Counted from the first letter of the stretch, positions 27,357 through 35,781 are shown. The stretch is DNA of 64,000 nucleotides from an uncultured Bacteroidia bacterium (GCA_902789245.1 CADAND010000010.1:9323-73322); one strand, 5' to 3'. Notes: generated by a model not told the origin, from the sequence alone. Made by a program: numbers and translations.

Positions 27357-30124
27357 TAGTCTGAGACGGGGCGGACTGACAGACCGCAGTATCGGCTGAC
27401 GCTGTTGCGGTCCTTTCCGCTTGCGGAAAAATTGAGTGGCAGGGCCGAATCAATGTCATTCGTATCCAGCGAGGAAGACCAGTAATAGCCCTCGGTATCA
27501 CAGTCTAAACGGGTGGTCGAGTACCCGTAGCCAGCCGCCGGCAGGAAGATGAAACAGTGTGCGTTGGGGCCGTCCTTGCGCGTAACCAGCATGCCGTTCT
27601 TCCCGGAGCCCCGGTAATTCGTCGTCCATTGCCAGGTAAAGTGATTCCCATCGAGCAACGCCCCCCATTCCTCGTTGGTAGGCATGCGCCAGGAGGAGTG
27701 CCAGGATAAGCCCCAGGCGGCCGCAGCGGCATCATCATCGGCCTGTAACTTTACATAGTCAGTGCCCTTGTATTTGCTGATGGACGTGCCGTTACCCCAC
27801 TTGTAAGTATCCCTGCTGTAATTGCTCTTCGCGGCCGTCTCACCCCAGGCATAAACGTCGCCGTAGTCCCAGGAATTGAGAGCGCCCAGGTTGCAGACTG
27901 CCCACTTGAGGTTTTTCTTCACGCCGCCGACCGTCAGTTCTCCCAACTCGATGTACTCGCGGCCGTCGAACTTTTCGTAATAGTACTCGCGGGTCCAGCC
28001 GGCGGGACACCCACCATAAACGGATTCCCAGTCCAGGTGCGGCGGAGCCTTGAATGATTTGGTACCTGAGACCTCTGACCCGGCACCATCAAGGAAACCA
28101 ATGACACAATTTGACAACGAGCTAGCATCGAAGGACGTTGCGAGGCAGGTTACGCTTTTTAGTTTCGAGCAGCCCGAAAACATGATTCTGTAGCAATCAC
28201 TCGGCAGCGTCCTGGCAGGTAAAAGCGGGGCTTCGGTCAGGCTGGTGCAATCCCAAAACATACCATAGTAGCAGGCAACAGCTAAAGTTGTGGCAGGCAA
28301 CTCCGGTGCAACAACCAGGCTGGTGCAACCATAGAACATATGGCTATAACATTCTATCTCCAGATTCGTAGCTGGCAGGGCCGGCGCTTCTTTCAGGCTG
28401 ACGCAATCCTGAAACATACTGGCATAGTAGCATCCATCCGTAGAAGGAAGGGCCGGCGCCACTGTCAGGCTGGTGCATCCTTTAAACATATCACTATATG
28501 CAGGCCCCAGCAGCTTCGTAGCGGGCAGTTCCGGAGCGACAACCAGGCTGGTGCAATCTTCAAACATACTTGCGTAGCTGGCGGGAGCAACCGTCATGGC
28601 GGGTAATACCGGAGCGTCTACCAGGCTGGTACAACCTTTGAACATCCTGTAGTAGCAATACTTGATAAGACTCGTTGCCGGCAGTTTGGGCGCAACGACC
28701 AGGCTGGTGCAATCCCGGAACATTTCGTAGTAGCAGGCTTCGCCAAGCGTCGTCGCCGGAAGCTCCGGGGCGAAGCTCAGGTTGGTACAGCCTTCGAACA
28801 TGCCGCGATAACAGCAATCGGAAAGCGTGGTGGCCGGCAGCAGCAGGCGGTTCACCGGGTTCAGCAACAAATGTGTATTGTTCTGGAACAAACTGTTGAA
28901 AGCAAACTTACCCGTCAGTTCCGTTACGGTGATGAAATCAGAACCGTTGATCAGGCTCATGATGTTGCCGTAGACGTAGCAATTTTCGCTGAAACTGATC
29001 GTGCTGAACTTCGCATAATTCACGGAATAGCTTATCTGGGTGGTCTTGGCCTTGAACTGCAGCTTATCGCCGATTTGGGCCAGTTCGACATCCTGGCCAC
29101 TGGTGTACTCCGTCCAGTCGCTCCAGGCGGCACCGTTCCAGGTGCGGTACAGAACGGGATTGGAAGCAGCTTCCGCCAGTATGTCGAACTTCACTTTCGC
29201 CCCCGCCACAGCCGCCTCGACGGTCAGCGGGGTGGAGAGCATGTCCGGCAACGCATCGGCTTCGGCAAGCGCCTCGCTCTCCCAATCGGCGATGCTGACA
29301 CCGCCCAGCTCGATGCCGGTTCTGTTCACGGTGAGGTTCAGCGTGGTGTACGCGCCGGAGCGCAGCGGAATCGCCTCCGAAGCATTGTATGCGAAGTTCC
29401 GGCCGTCAATGGCCACCACCACCTTCTTCACACCGTCCTGCGGAACTTGCAGGCCGCTGTAGCTCAGGGCATAGCCGGCGGCGGCGCTGGTCGAAGACAG
29501 CGGGACCGCCGCGGCGGCGCCCATGGCCGTCACCGCCTCGGCGAGGCAGTTCACCTTGGCCGCCGTTTTCGCATTGACGGTCACGGCACTGACGCTGGGC
29601 GTAGCATCCCAGCCGGCGCCGAATTTCAGGTTCACGACGAGCTTCGCCATCGCGTGGTGGAACTCAAGGGGCACGGCAGCGCTGGTGTTCTTCACGCCTG
29701 CGGGCGTGGTGGCGAGCAGCAGGTCGCTGGCGGTGTAATCCGCCGGATCGAGCGTATACGGCACCGCCGTGAGGTCGGCGAGGGAGGACGCAGGGGCCGG
29801 GTAGACGCCGAGGAAGTAGTGCGGATCGTCGGTGACCTTCCAGCGCATCAGGCTGGCGGGCGTCCACTTCGTGCCGTCGAAGGTGTTGATGACGCCGTCG
29901 ACTACGCGAGCGGTCGGATTCTCCGTCGCGCCGCCCAGCCAGGCGTAGACCGCAATCTGGTCGCCGGCGATGAAGGACGCGCCGTCGGCGGAGACCTTGG
30001 TCGCCGCGCCGACGCTCGCCTCGACGGTGATTGCATCGCCGTCCGCCGGCACCGGCTCTTTGCCGCAGCCCGCGAGCGCCAGGAGCGCCATCGCTAAGTA
30101 TATGTTGTTCTTTTTCATAATCAT
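27356..30124 (-). CDS. fimbrillin-like N-domain + BspA-type leucine-rich repeats + DUF1566/FISUMP-type C-terminal domain lipoprotein (operon gene 5)
   Basis: Lipobox LLALAGC; about nine units of LPATxLxxxCYxxMFxGCTSLxxAPx; C-terminal WAVCNLGA..WDYGDVYAWGE..WRMPTNEEWGAL..FLPAAG..YWSSS..GLSVRPV. The start may be ATG 30118. Confidence 0.8.
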   Translation of the reverse strand: MIMKKNNIYLAMALLALAGCGKEPVPADGDAITVEASVGAATKVSADGASFIAGDQIAVYAWLGGATENPTARVVDGVINTFDGTKWTPASLMRWKVTDDPHYFLGVYPAPASSLADLTAVPYTLDPADYTASDLLLATTPAGVKNTSAAVPLEFHHAMAKLVVNLKFGAGWDATPSVSAVTVNAKTAAKVNCLAEAVTAMGAAAAVPLSSTSAAAGYALSYSGLQVPQDGVKKVVVAIDGRNFAYNASEAIPLRSGAYTTLNLTVNRTGIELGGVSIADWESEALAEADALPDMLSTPLTVEAAVAGAKVKFDILAEAASNPVLYRTWNGAAWSDWTEYTSGQDVELAQIGDKLQFKAKTTQISYSVNYAKFSTISFSENCYVYGNIMSLINGSDFITVTELTGKFAFNSLFQNNTHLLLNPVNRLLLPATTLSDCCYRGMFEGCTNLSFAPELPATTLGEACYYEMFRDCTSLVVAPKLPATSLIKYCYYRMFKGCTSLVDAPVLPAMTVAPASYASMFEDCTSLVVAPELPATKLLGPAYSDMFKGCTSLTVAPALPSTDGCYYASMFQDCVSLKEAPALPATNLEIECYSHMFYGCTSLVVAPELPATTLAVACYYGMFWDCTSLTEAPLLPARTLPSDCYRIMFSGCSKLKSVTCLATSFDASSLSNCVIGFLDGAGSEVSGTKSFKAPPHLDWESVYGGCPAGWTREYYYEKFDGREYIELGELTVGGVKKNLKWAVCNLGALNSWDYGDVYAWGETAAKSNYSRDTYKWGNGTSISKYKGTDYVKLQADDDAAAAAWGLSWHSSWRMPTNEEWGALLDGNHFTWQWTTNYRGSGKNGMLVTRKDGPNAHCFIFLPAAGYGYSTTRLDCDTEGYYWSSSLDTNDIDSALPLNFSASGKDRNSVSRYCGLSVRPVSD
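28196..28840 (-). repeat. about nine tandem 72-bp coding repeats (24-aa LRR units)
   Basis: The word caggctggtgcaa recurs about every 72 bp on the plus strand. The region looks visibly less GC-rich than the flanks. Confidence 0.8.
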
Positions 30125-30127
30125 ATA

Positions 30128-31621
30128 TTATTCTGAAACGGGACGGATAGAGAACCCGTAGCTACGGATGTCGTTGTACATACCGACACTACCGGAAAGG
30201 AAGTTCAAACTCCACGCATGGTCAGGGTAGTCCGTATTGAGGGAAGAAGACCAGTAGTCGCCATAGGGGCCCGCAGCGGTGAGACTGGTTCCGTCCCGGA
30301 AGCCAGCGGCGGAAAGGAAGATACTGTTGCTAGCGCAAGGGTCTGTGCCGGAGGCATTATCCAGGCGGGTGACCAGCATGCCGTTCTTTCCGGAGCCATT
30401 GTAATCCGTCGTCAAAACCCAAGAGTAGTTGGTCGTGTTGAGCAAAGCTTTCCACTCCTCCTTCGTAGGGATACGCCAGTCTCCGCCCCAAATGGCCGCG
30501 GCTGCATCGTCCCCGGCCTGTAGAGTAGCATAGTCACTGCCGGTATACTTGCTGAAAGTGGTCCCGTCCCCCATACTATACGTACTCCAGCTATAGTCCG
30601 TCTTGGTGGCGGTTTCGCCCCAGGAAAAGTAGTCGCCATAGTCCCAGGGGTTGTCAGCCCCAATGTTGCAGGTAGCCCAGAGGAGGTGTTTGGTTACGCC
30701 GTTGACTTCCACTTCTCCCATATCCACATACCCGTGCCCATTGATGAAAGTCGATGCGGGCGGAGCCGCTGTGACGCTCACGGGCAGGTTCACGGTCTGG
30801 CCGGCGGTGAGGGTGATGGCCTCGGCGTTGGTCCAGACGTAGCTCTTGATGTCCACCTTGAAGGAAACAGAGAGGGTGCCTGCCGCGAAGGTCTGGGGCA
30901 CCAGGATGACCTCATAGGTGGCGACGGAAGTCTTGGCCATGGCCGTGCCGGGGGTGTAGCTGAGGGGCATTGGGCTGATAGCGGCCCCCGTACTTGCTTT
31001 TACGCTGACGGCGCCGGTGGCAGGCTGGAAGTGGAAGCCCAGGTTGGACCCGATCACGGTAAAGGCCGTGACGGGATTGGTCGTGCGGCCGTAGCGGTTG
31101 TCGTAAAAGTCGCTGCCCAGCGAGAGCTCGATGATCACCTTGGCGAGGCCGTGGTTCAGCGCCACCGGCAGGACACCACCGGTGGTGGCCTCGTAGGTGG
31201 TACTCGTGGCCTTGAGGGTGAGCAGGTCGGCGGCGTTCAGGCCCGCCTGTGTGCTCTGGTTGGCCGGGATGGTGAGGTCCACGCCGGAGGCGAATTCGGC
31301 CCTGGTGAAGTCGTGGCCGCCAAAGAACGCGGCGCAGTAAGTCGTGGCGGCCGTCTCGCTCTTCCAGAGGAGCTGCCTGTCCGCGCTCCAACCCGTGGCG
31401 GATTTGGAGACCGGCACGCAATAGCTGTAGGCCGCATCGCCGGCGCAGTCCACCTGCAGCCAGAAGGTCTGCAGGTCGTCCGTGGTGATGCTGGCCTTCG
31501 AGCCGGCAAGGGTGGCTTCGACCCCCATCGGGAGCCCCTCCTCCGGCCCCGCGCCGGGCTGCTTATCGCAGGCGGCGAGCAGCAGGAGCGCGGCCATGAC
31601 TATGGATGGATACTTACGCAT
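30128..31621 (-). CDS. fimbrillin-like N-domain lipoprotein with C-terminal DUF1566/FISUMP-type domain (operon gene 4)
   Basis: Lipobox LLLAAC; C-terminal LWATCNIGADNPWDYGDYFSWGE...WRIPTKEEWKAL...FLSAAG...YWSSS...GFSIRPV. Confidence 0.75.
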   Translation of the reverse strand: MRKYPSIVMAALLLLAACDKQPGAGPEEGLPMGVEATLAGSKASITTDDLQTFWLQVDCAGDAAYSYCVPVSKSATGWSADRQLLWKSETAATTYCAAFFGGHDFTRAEFASGVDLTIPANQSTQAGLNAADLLTLKATSTTYEATTGGVLPVALNHGLAKVIIELSLGSDFYDNRYGRTTNPVTAFTVIGSNLGFHFQPATGAVSVKASTGAAISPMPLSYTPGTAMAKTSVATYEVILVPQTFAAGTLSVSFKVDIKSYVWTNAEAITLTAGQTVNLPVSVTAAPPASTFINGHGYVDMGEVEVNGVTKHLLWATCNIGADNPWDYGDYFSWGETATKTDYSWSTYSMGDGTTFSKYTGSDYATLQAGDDAAAAIWGGDWRIPTKEEWKALLNTTNYSWVLTTDYNGSGKNGMLVTRLDNASGTDPCASNSIFLSAAGFRDGTSLTAAGPYGDYWSSSLNTDYPDHAWSLNFLSGSVGMYNDIRSYGFSIRPVSE

Positions 31622-31623
31622 AA

Positions 31624-32514
31624 CTATTCGTCTTGTGCTTCGCCGTTGATGGAATCACCGGCAGTCCAGTCCTTGATGGTGATGTCGGAGGCGAGCTCGA
31701 TCTTGTCGCGCCCCATGGTGAGGTTGACGACGGTGGTCTTGCCGCTGGCGAGCGGGATGTCGGCACTGTGGGTAAAGACGTATTCCTTCCCTTCAATGGT
31801 GATGGTCAGGGTCCGGAAACCGGCCTGCGGGACCATTAGGGAGCCGTAGCTGAGGGCAAAGCCTTCAGCGGGAGTCGCCTGGGCAGGCAGGGACACAGAG
31901 GCGGTGGCGGCGCCGGCCGTGACGGCCTTGGTCTCGTAGTTGACCGTGGCGGTCGTGGCGGCGGTGGCGGCCACGGAGCTGACCGTGGGCGTGCCGTCCC
32001 ACTGGTTGCGGAAGTTCAGATTCACCCGCAGGCGCGCCATCGCATGCTCAAAGGTCAGGGAGACGGGGTTGTCGTTCGCCTTGAGGCCCGTCAGGTTAGT
32101 GGCGATGAGCAGGTCGCTCGCCGCCTGGTCGTCAGGATTCAGCGTGAACGCGCCGGCGTGCAGGTCAGCGATCTTACTGTTGGCGGGATAGACGCCGATG
32201 AAGTAGTGCGGCGTGACCATGTCGAACCAGAGTATGCTGGAGAGCGGGCTCCATACGCCGGTGTTGGCAAGCTGGAACACCCCACCGTCCACCACGCGCT
32301 CGACGGGCTGGCCGGTGGAGGGATCGTTGATCCAGGCGTAGAGGGCGAGTTGGTCGCCAGGCTCGAAGGCGGAGGCGTCGCCACTGGTGGCCATCTTGGT
32401 CCGGGCGATGCCGGCTTCAATCCGGATGGCTTTGGCGGCGTCGGGCTGGAGGCCGTTGGGATGGCAGGCCGTCAGGACGGCGGCTGCCAGGATGATGAGT
32501 TTCAGGGATTTCAT
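31624..32514 (-). CDS. fimbrillin family lipoprotein (type V pilin-like; operon gene 3)
   Basis: Lipobox AAVLTAC. Shares FxxGDxxALYAW...W.....W.....PHYFIGVYP...DLLIAT...FEHAMARL motifs with the N-domains of genes 4-6. Confidence 0.7.
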   Translation of the reverse strand: MKSLKLIILAAAVLTACHPNGLQPDAAKAIRIEAGIARTKMATSGDASAFEPGDQLALYAWINDPSTGQPVERVVDGGVFQLANTGVWSPLSSILWFDMVTPHYFIGVYPANSKIADLHAGAFTLNPDDQAASDLLIATNLTGLKANDNPVSLTFEHAMARLRVNLNFRNQWDGTPTVSSVAATAATTATVNYETKAVTAGAATASVSLPAQATPAEGFALSYGSLMVPQAGFRTLTITIEGKEYVFTHSADIPLASGKTTVVNLTMGRDKIELASDITIKDWTAGDSINGEAQDE

Positions 32515-32529
32515 CGTATCGTTTGTTTT

Positions 32530-33408
32530 TTATTTCTTGGGATTCAGCACTTCGCCGGAGACGGTCCAGCCCTCTTTCCAGGGGCTGATGCTGTAGGAGG
32601 TGATGGTCATGAACGGCTGAAGCTCGTTGTAGTCGAACGACAGGGTGTAGCTCTTGCCAACGTCCACGCGCGGAGCGTCGCAGATGCAGGCGAGCTCCTG
32701 GCCCGTATTCGTTCGGATGGAGAGGAGCAGGTAGCAGCGCTCCGCCCCGGCGACCGTCGGGAACAGGTACAAGTCGGAACCTGAGAGAACCTGGTAGGAA
32801 GCGGCGGTCCGGGACGAAGGCACGCCGTAGCGGCCGCTCTCGTCCTGCCCGGTCAGGATGATACCGTCGGCGACGCTGGTCTGTTTGATGCTGAGTTCCG
32901 TTCCGCCGGGCATGTTGAAGATCTCGAGCGAGAGCGGAGAGACCAGGCGCTGCAGCACGGGACGGACCTGAGTGAATTCGCCCGCGTTCACGACCGCGTG
33001 GACGACGCTGAACCAGGACTCCCGGAGCGGCGCATCGCCCTCGGCCCGGGCGGCCGTGACGCGCCACGGATTGTCATCCGCCTTGGTCACGGGCAGGCGG
33101 AGAAGGGCGTAGCCGTTCTCAGCCGTCATGTTGGCCGCGACCAGCAGGTCGTATTCTCCCGGGGGCACCGCCAGCAGGTCGGAGGCAAGCTCCTGTCCGG
33201 AAGCGTATTCCGCCGAGAAAGCGCTGTCCCACCCGAAGACCGCGACGTCCAGGTGGTTGATGGGGGTACCTTCGTCTTCCGGGAGCTCCCAGCAGATCTC
33301 GGGGACGATGTAGCCCATGCCGGGCTGCGCCTCATGGAAATCGTGGAAGCAGCCGGTGAGGAGGAGGGCCGCCGCGCAGGCGGCCGCGATGTATCTGGTC
33401 TTCATCAT
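32530..33408 (-). CDS. FimB/Mfa2-like fimbrial anchor lipoprotein (operon gene 2)
   Basis: Lipobox ALLLTGC. About 290 aa, beta-rich, in the position and of the size of Mfa2/FimB-family anchors in type V pilus operons. ATGA overlap with gene 1. Confidence 0.55.
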   Translation of the reverse strand: MMKTRYIAAACAAALLLTGCFHDFHEAQPGMGYIVPEICWELPEDEGTPINHLDVAVFGWDSAFSAEYASGQELASDLLAVPPGEYDLLVAANMTAENGYALLRLPVTKADDNPWRVTAARAEGDAPLRESWFSVVHAVVNAGEFTQVRPVLQRLVSPLSLEIFNMPGGTELSIKQTSVADGIILTGQDESGRYGVPSSRTAASYQVLSGSDLYLFPTVAGAERCYLLLSIRTNTGQELACICDAPRVDVGKSYTLSFDYNELQPFMTITSYSISPWKEGWTVSGEVLNPKK

Positions 33409-34691
33409 CTCGCAAATTTGATTTCGGCGCGGCGGGCGACCCGGGCGGTCCGGGCGTGGTAGTCAACACCGTGGTAGTAGGCCTTCTCGATGCGCTCGGG
33501 GGCGACGCCATGAGCGATGAACCACTGGCGGACGGCCTCCATGCGCTTCCTGGAGAGCCATGTATTGAGGGTCTTGCGGCCGGCCGGGGATGCGTAGGCG
33601 TGGATCTCCAGCTGGAAGTCGGGATACTTCTCGAGGATCGGGAGGACGCTCTCCAGCTGGGCGGCGTAGGTATCCGCAATGCGGCGGCTGTTCTTGGCGA
33701 AGTAGACCGTCGGGATCGGGGTCTGGAAGGCGGCCTCCTTCTCGGCGGCCTCGCGGGCCGCGCGTTCAGCGGCTTCAAGAGCCTGCCGTTCGCGCTCCGC
33801 GCGTTCCGCCCACTCCGCAGCCTCGCGGGCCTGGCGCTCGCGCTCGGCCTGCTCGGCAGCGATGCGCGCGCGTTCCGCCGCCTCACGCTCCGCGGCCAGG
33901 CGCGCGGCCTCTTCGGCCGCCGCCAGCTCCGCCGCGGCGCGGGCGCGCTTCCCGGATCCGCCGAAGCGGTAGCTCAGTTTCACGCCCGCATCCCAGAGGA
34001 GGTTGCTCTTGTGGACGTGTTCGGGGATATTGTCGAAGCGCTCCCCCGTCAGGCAGGTGATGCCGCCGTAGAGGGCCGCGCCGATATCTTGCGTAATCTG
34101 GAAGCCCACGCTGGCCTGGCCGCCGAGGCCCAGGTGCCACTGGCGCGGGTTCAAGTAGCTATAGTCGGTCGCCTGGCCGCTGGGACTGATCAGCGTCGGT
34201 GCCACGCGGCGCGTCTGCGTCGTGACCACCGAGACCTGCGGGGAGACGCTCAGCGACCACCGGCAGGACGGTTGGGTAACGAAACTCAGCAGGTCCAGGT
34301 TGGCCTGCAGGTAGGCCTTGCCCCACTTGGTGTCGGTGCGAAGTTCATGGTAGTCCCAGCCGGTTTCGCCCGGCACGGGGGCGATGTAGCGCTGCCCGTC
34401 AGCCGACAGCCAGTACTGGCAGCAATCCAACGCGTACTGGTTCGAGGAGGCGAACTGGCCGCCGGCTTCCAGCGAAAGGAAGCGGCTGAAGCGATACGAG
34501 GCGGAGAGGCCGCCCTGGTAGCCCCAATGGGGGCCTTGTTCGGTAATGCTGCGGAAAGTGCCCTGCCCGAAGGCGGTGCCGCCGTAAAGAGAAACGGACC
34601 AGGGGCGTTCTGGCTGCGCGACCGCACTGATCGCCGCTACGGCGAGGAGCAGCAAGACGGCGGAAAAACGTCTGAGAGAAATGTGGTTCAT
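33405..34691 (-). CDS. OmpA family protein: N-terminal beta-barrel, Ala/Glu/Arg coiled-coil linker, C-terminal OmpA-like peptidoglycan-binding domain (operon gene 1)
   Basis: Signal LLLLAVAAISAVAQ. Alternating-pattern barrel strands; residues about 246-321 are AELAAAEEAARLAAEREAAERARIAAEQAERERQAREAAEW...; C-terminal NTWLSRKRMEAVRQWFIAHGV (N..LS..R...V motif). Confidence 0.8.
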   Translation of the reverse strand: MNHISLRRFSAVLLLLAVAAISAVAQPERPWSVSLYGGTAFGQGTFRSITEQGPHWGYQGGLSASYRFSRFLSLEAGGQFASSNQYALDCCQYWLSADGQRYIAPVPGETGWDYHELRTDTKWGKAYLQANLDLLSFVTQPSCRWSLSVSPQVSVVTTQTRRVAPTLISPSGQATDYSYLNPRQWHLGLGGQASVGFQITQDIGAALYGGITCLTGERFDNIPEHVHKSNLLWDAGVKLSYRFGGSGKRARAAAELAAAEEAARLAAEREAAERARIAAEQAERERQAREAAEWAERAERERQALEAAERAAREAAEKEAAFQTPIPTVYFAKNSRRIADTYAAQLESVLPILEKYPDFQLEIHAYASPAGRKTLNTWLSRKRMEAVRQWFIAHGVAPERIEKAYYHGVDYHARTARVARRAEIKFAR

Positions 34692-34704
34692 ACACTAAAA
34701 ACTA

Positions 34705-34740
34705 CCCTGTTTTAGAGTCACACAAATTTATAAAACAGGG
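34705..34740 (-). promoter_or_regulatory. pilus-operon promoter: TAAATTTG -7 box (34723-34730, minus) enclosed by a perfect 10-bp inverted repeat CCCTGTTTTA/TAAAACAGGG
   Basis: Read directly; the box lies 31 nt upstream of ATG 34691. The palindrome arms flank the box, so this is a candidate operator. Confidence 0.55.
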
Positions 34741-34773
34741 CGTTTGTTTGCAAATAAAACTTATCTTTACGCC

Positions 34774-35706
34774 ATGAAAAAGAAGAATACCCCCCATCGT
34801 ATCCTCTGGATCCTGCTCGCTGTTATCGTTCTGGTGCTCTTCTGGGCCGCCAGCGAGCACCGGCTGCGCCCGGCTTACATCGGCATCGCCAAGCTTGAAA
34901 ACAAAATCAAAGGCATCGACGGCATCTCCGCCGCCTCGCTCGCCCAGGTCAAGGGCGACGCCCGCCGCCACTCCCGGATGATCCGCAAGGGCTTCGGCCT
35001 CTTCGGCAAGGCCAAGGAGACCCCGGAAGAGAATTCCGACGATTTCGTCGAGCTCGCTGAGGCGGTGCCGGACGCCATCCTGGAAATCCGCTATTATTCG
35101 ACCTACAACTTCGTCGGCACGCGCATCGACGGTTACAAACAGCCCACCGCCCTGCTGACGCGACGGGCGGCCGATTCCCTGCGTGCCGTCAGTGACGAAC
35201 TGCTTGCGCTGGGCTACCGCATCAAGATATACGACGCCTACCGGCCGCAACGTGCGGTGGACCATTTCGTCCGCTGGGCGGCGGATGTGACGGACACGCT
35301 GATGAAGCCGTACTTCTACCCCGACCTGGACAAGTCGGTACTCTTCGATCAGCTGTACATCATGGAGAAATCCGGCCACACACGCGGCTCCACGGTCGAT
35401 CTGACACTCTTCGACATGGCCACGGAGAAGGAAGTGGACATGGGCGGCACCTTCGACTGGTTCGGCCCGGAGAGCCATCCGGACTTCTGCGGCAACCCCG
35501 TCATGGGCCTCTATAACGGCGACAACCGAAAGAGCCCCGCGGGCCGCAGCATCAACGCAGAGCAGTTCGCCAACCGCCAGATCCTGCGCGAAGCGATGCT
35601 CCGCCACGGCTTCAAGCCGCTTGAGAGCGAGTGGTGGCACTTCACCCTGGCCGACGAGCCGTATCCCGACACGTATTTCACCTTCCCGGTCCGGAATCTG
35701 CCGTAA
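34774..35706 (+). CDS. D-alanyl-D-alanine dipeptidase (VanX/DdpX-like, M15D) with N-terminal membrane anchor
   Basis: IYDAYRPQRAVDHF...SGHTRGSTVDLTL...WWHFTL motifs. TM segment ILWILLAVIVLVLFWAA. ATG 34774 preferred over TTG 34744. Confidence 0.85.
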   Translation: MKKKNTPHRILWILLAVIVLVLFWAASEHRLRPAYIGIAKLENKIKGIDGISAASLAQVKGDARRHSRMIRKGFGLFGKAKETPEENSDDFVELAEAVPDAILEIRYYSTYNFVGTRIDGYKQPTALLTRRAADSLRAVSDELLALGYRIKIYDAYRPQRAVDHFVRWAADVTDTLMKPYFYPDLDKSVLFDQLYIMEKSGHTRGSTVDLTLFDMATEKEVDMGGTFDWFGPESHPDFCGNPVMGLYNGDNRKSPAGRSINAEQFANRQILREAMLRHGFKPLESEWWHFTLADEPYPDTYFTFPVRNLP

Positions 35707-35781
35707 AGCAGAATCGGAGTGAAGCGACGCAGGGGGTTTGGGGGGAACGCCCCCCAATCATAGCGGAAGCGATATCTCCGC

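Noticed and set aside
33332-33886. 184-aa Arg/Pro/Ser-rich ORF in another frame across the OmpA-like coiled-coil region
   Set aside because: It is a frame-shifted reading of the GC-rich low-complexity repeat. The OmpA-like frame is continuous and has recognisable domains on both sides.
25776-34691. A complete DGR (RT, Avd, template repeat) or shufflon associated with the adhesin paralogs
   Set aside because: No reverse transcriptase, accessory gene, recombinase or non-coding copy of the 3-prime ends was found in the 64 kb. Only the target-like scaffold is present, so this is reported as a hypothesis and not a feature.
34705-34740. Possible invertible (phase-variable) promoter of the fimbrial operon
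   Set aside because: The inverted repeats are only 16 bp apart, too close for a recombinase-driven invertible segment. No site-specific recombinase gene is nearby. It was kept only as a candidate operator.
35738-35760. Small hairpin TTTGGGGGGAACGCCCCCCAAT after the vanX-like gene as a separate element
   Set aside because: It is a short G/C-run hairpin immediately upstream of the real bidirectional terminator at 35782-35818. Nothing suggests more than an auxiliary stem or chance.
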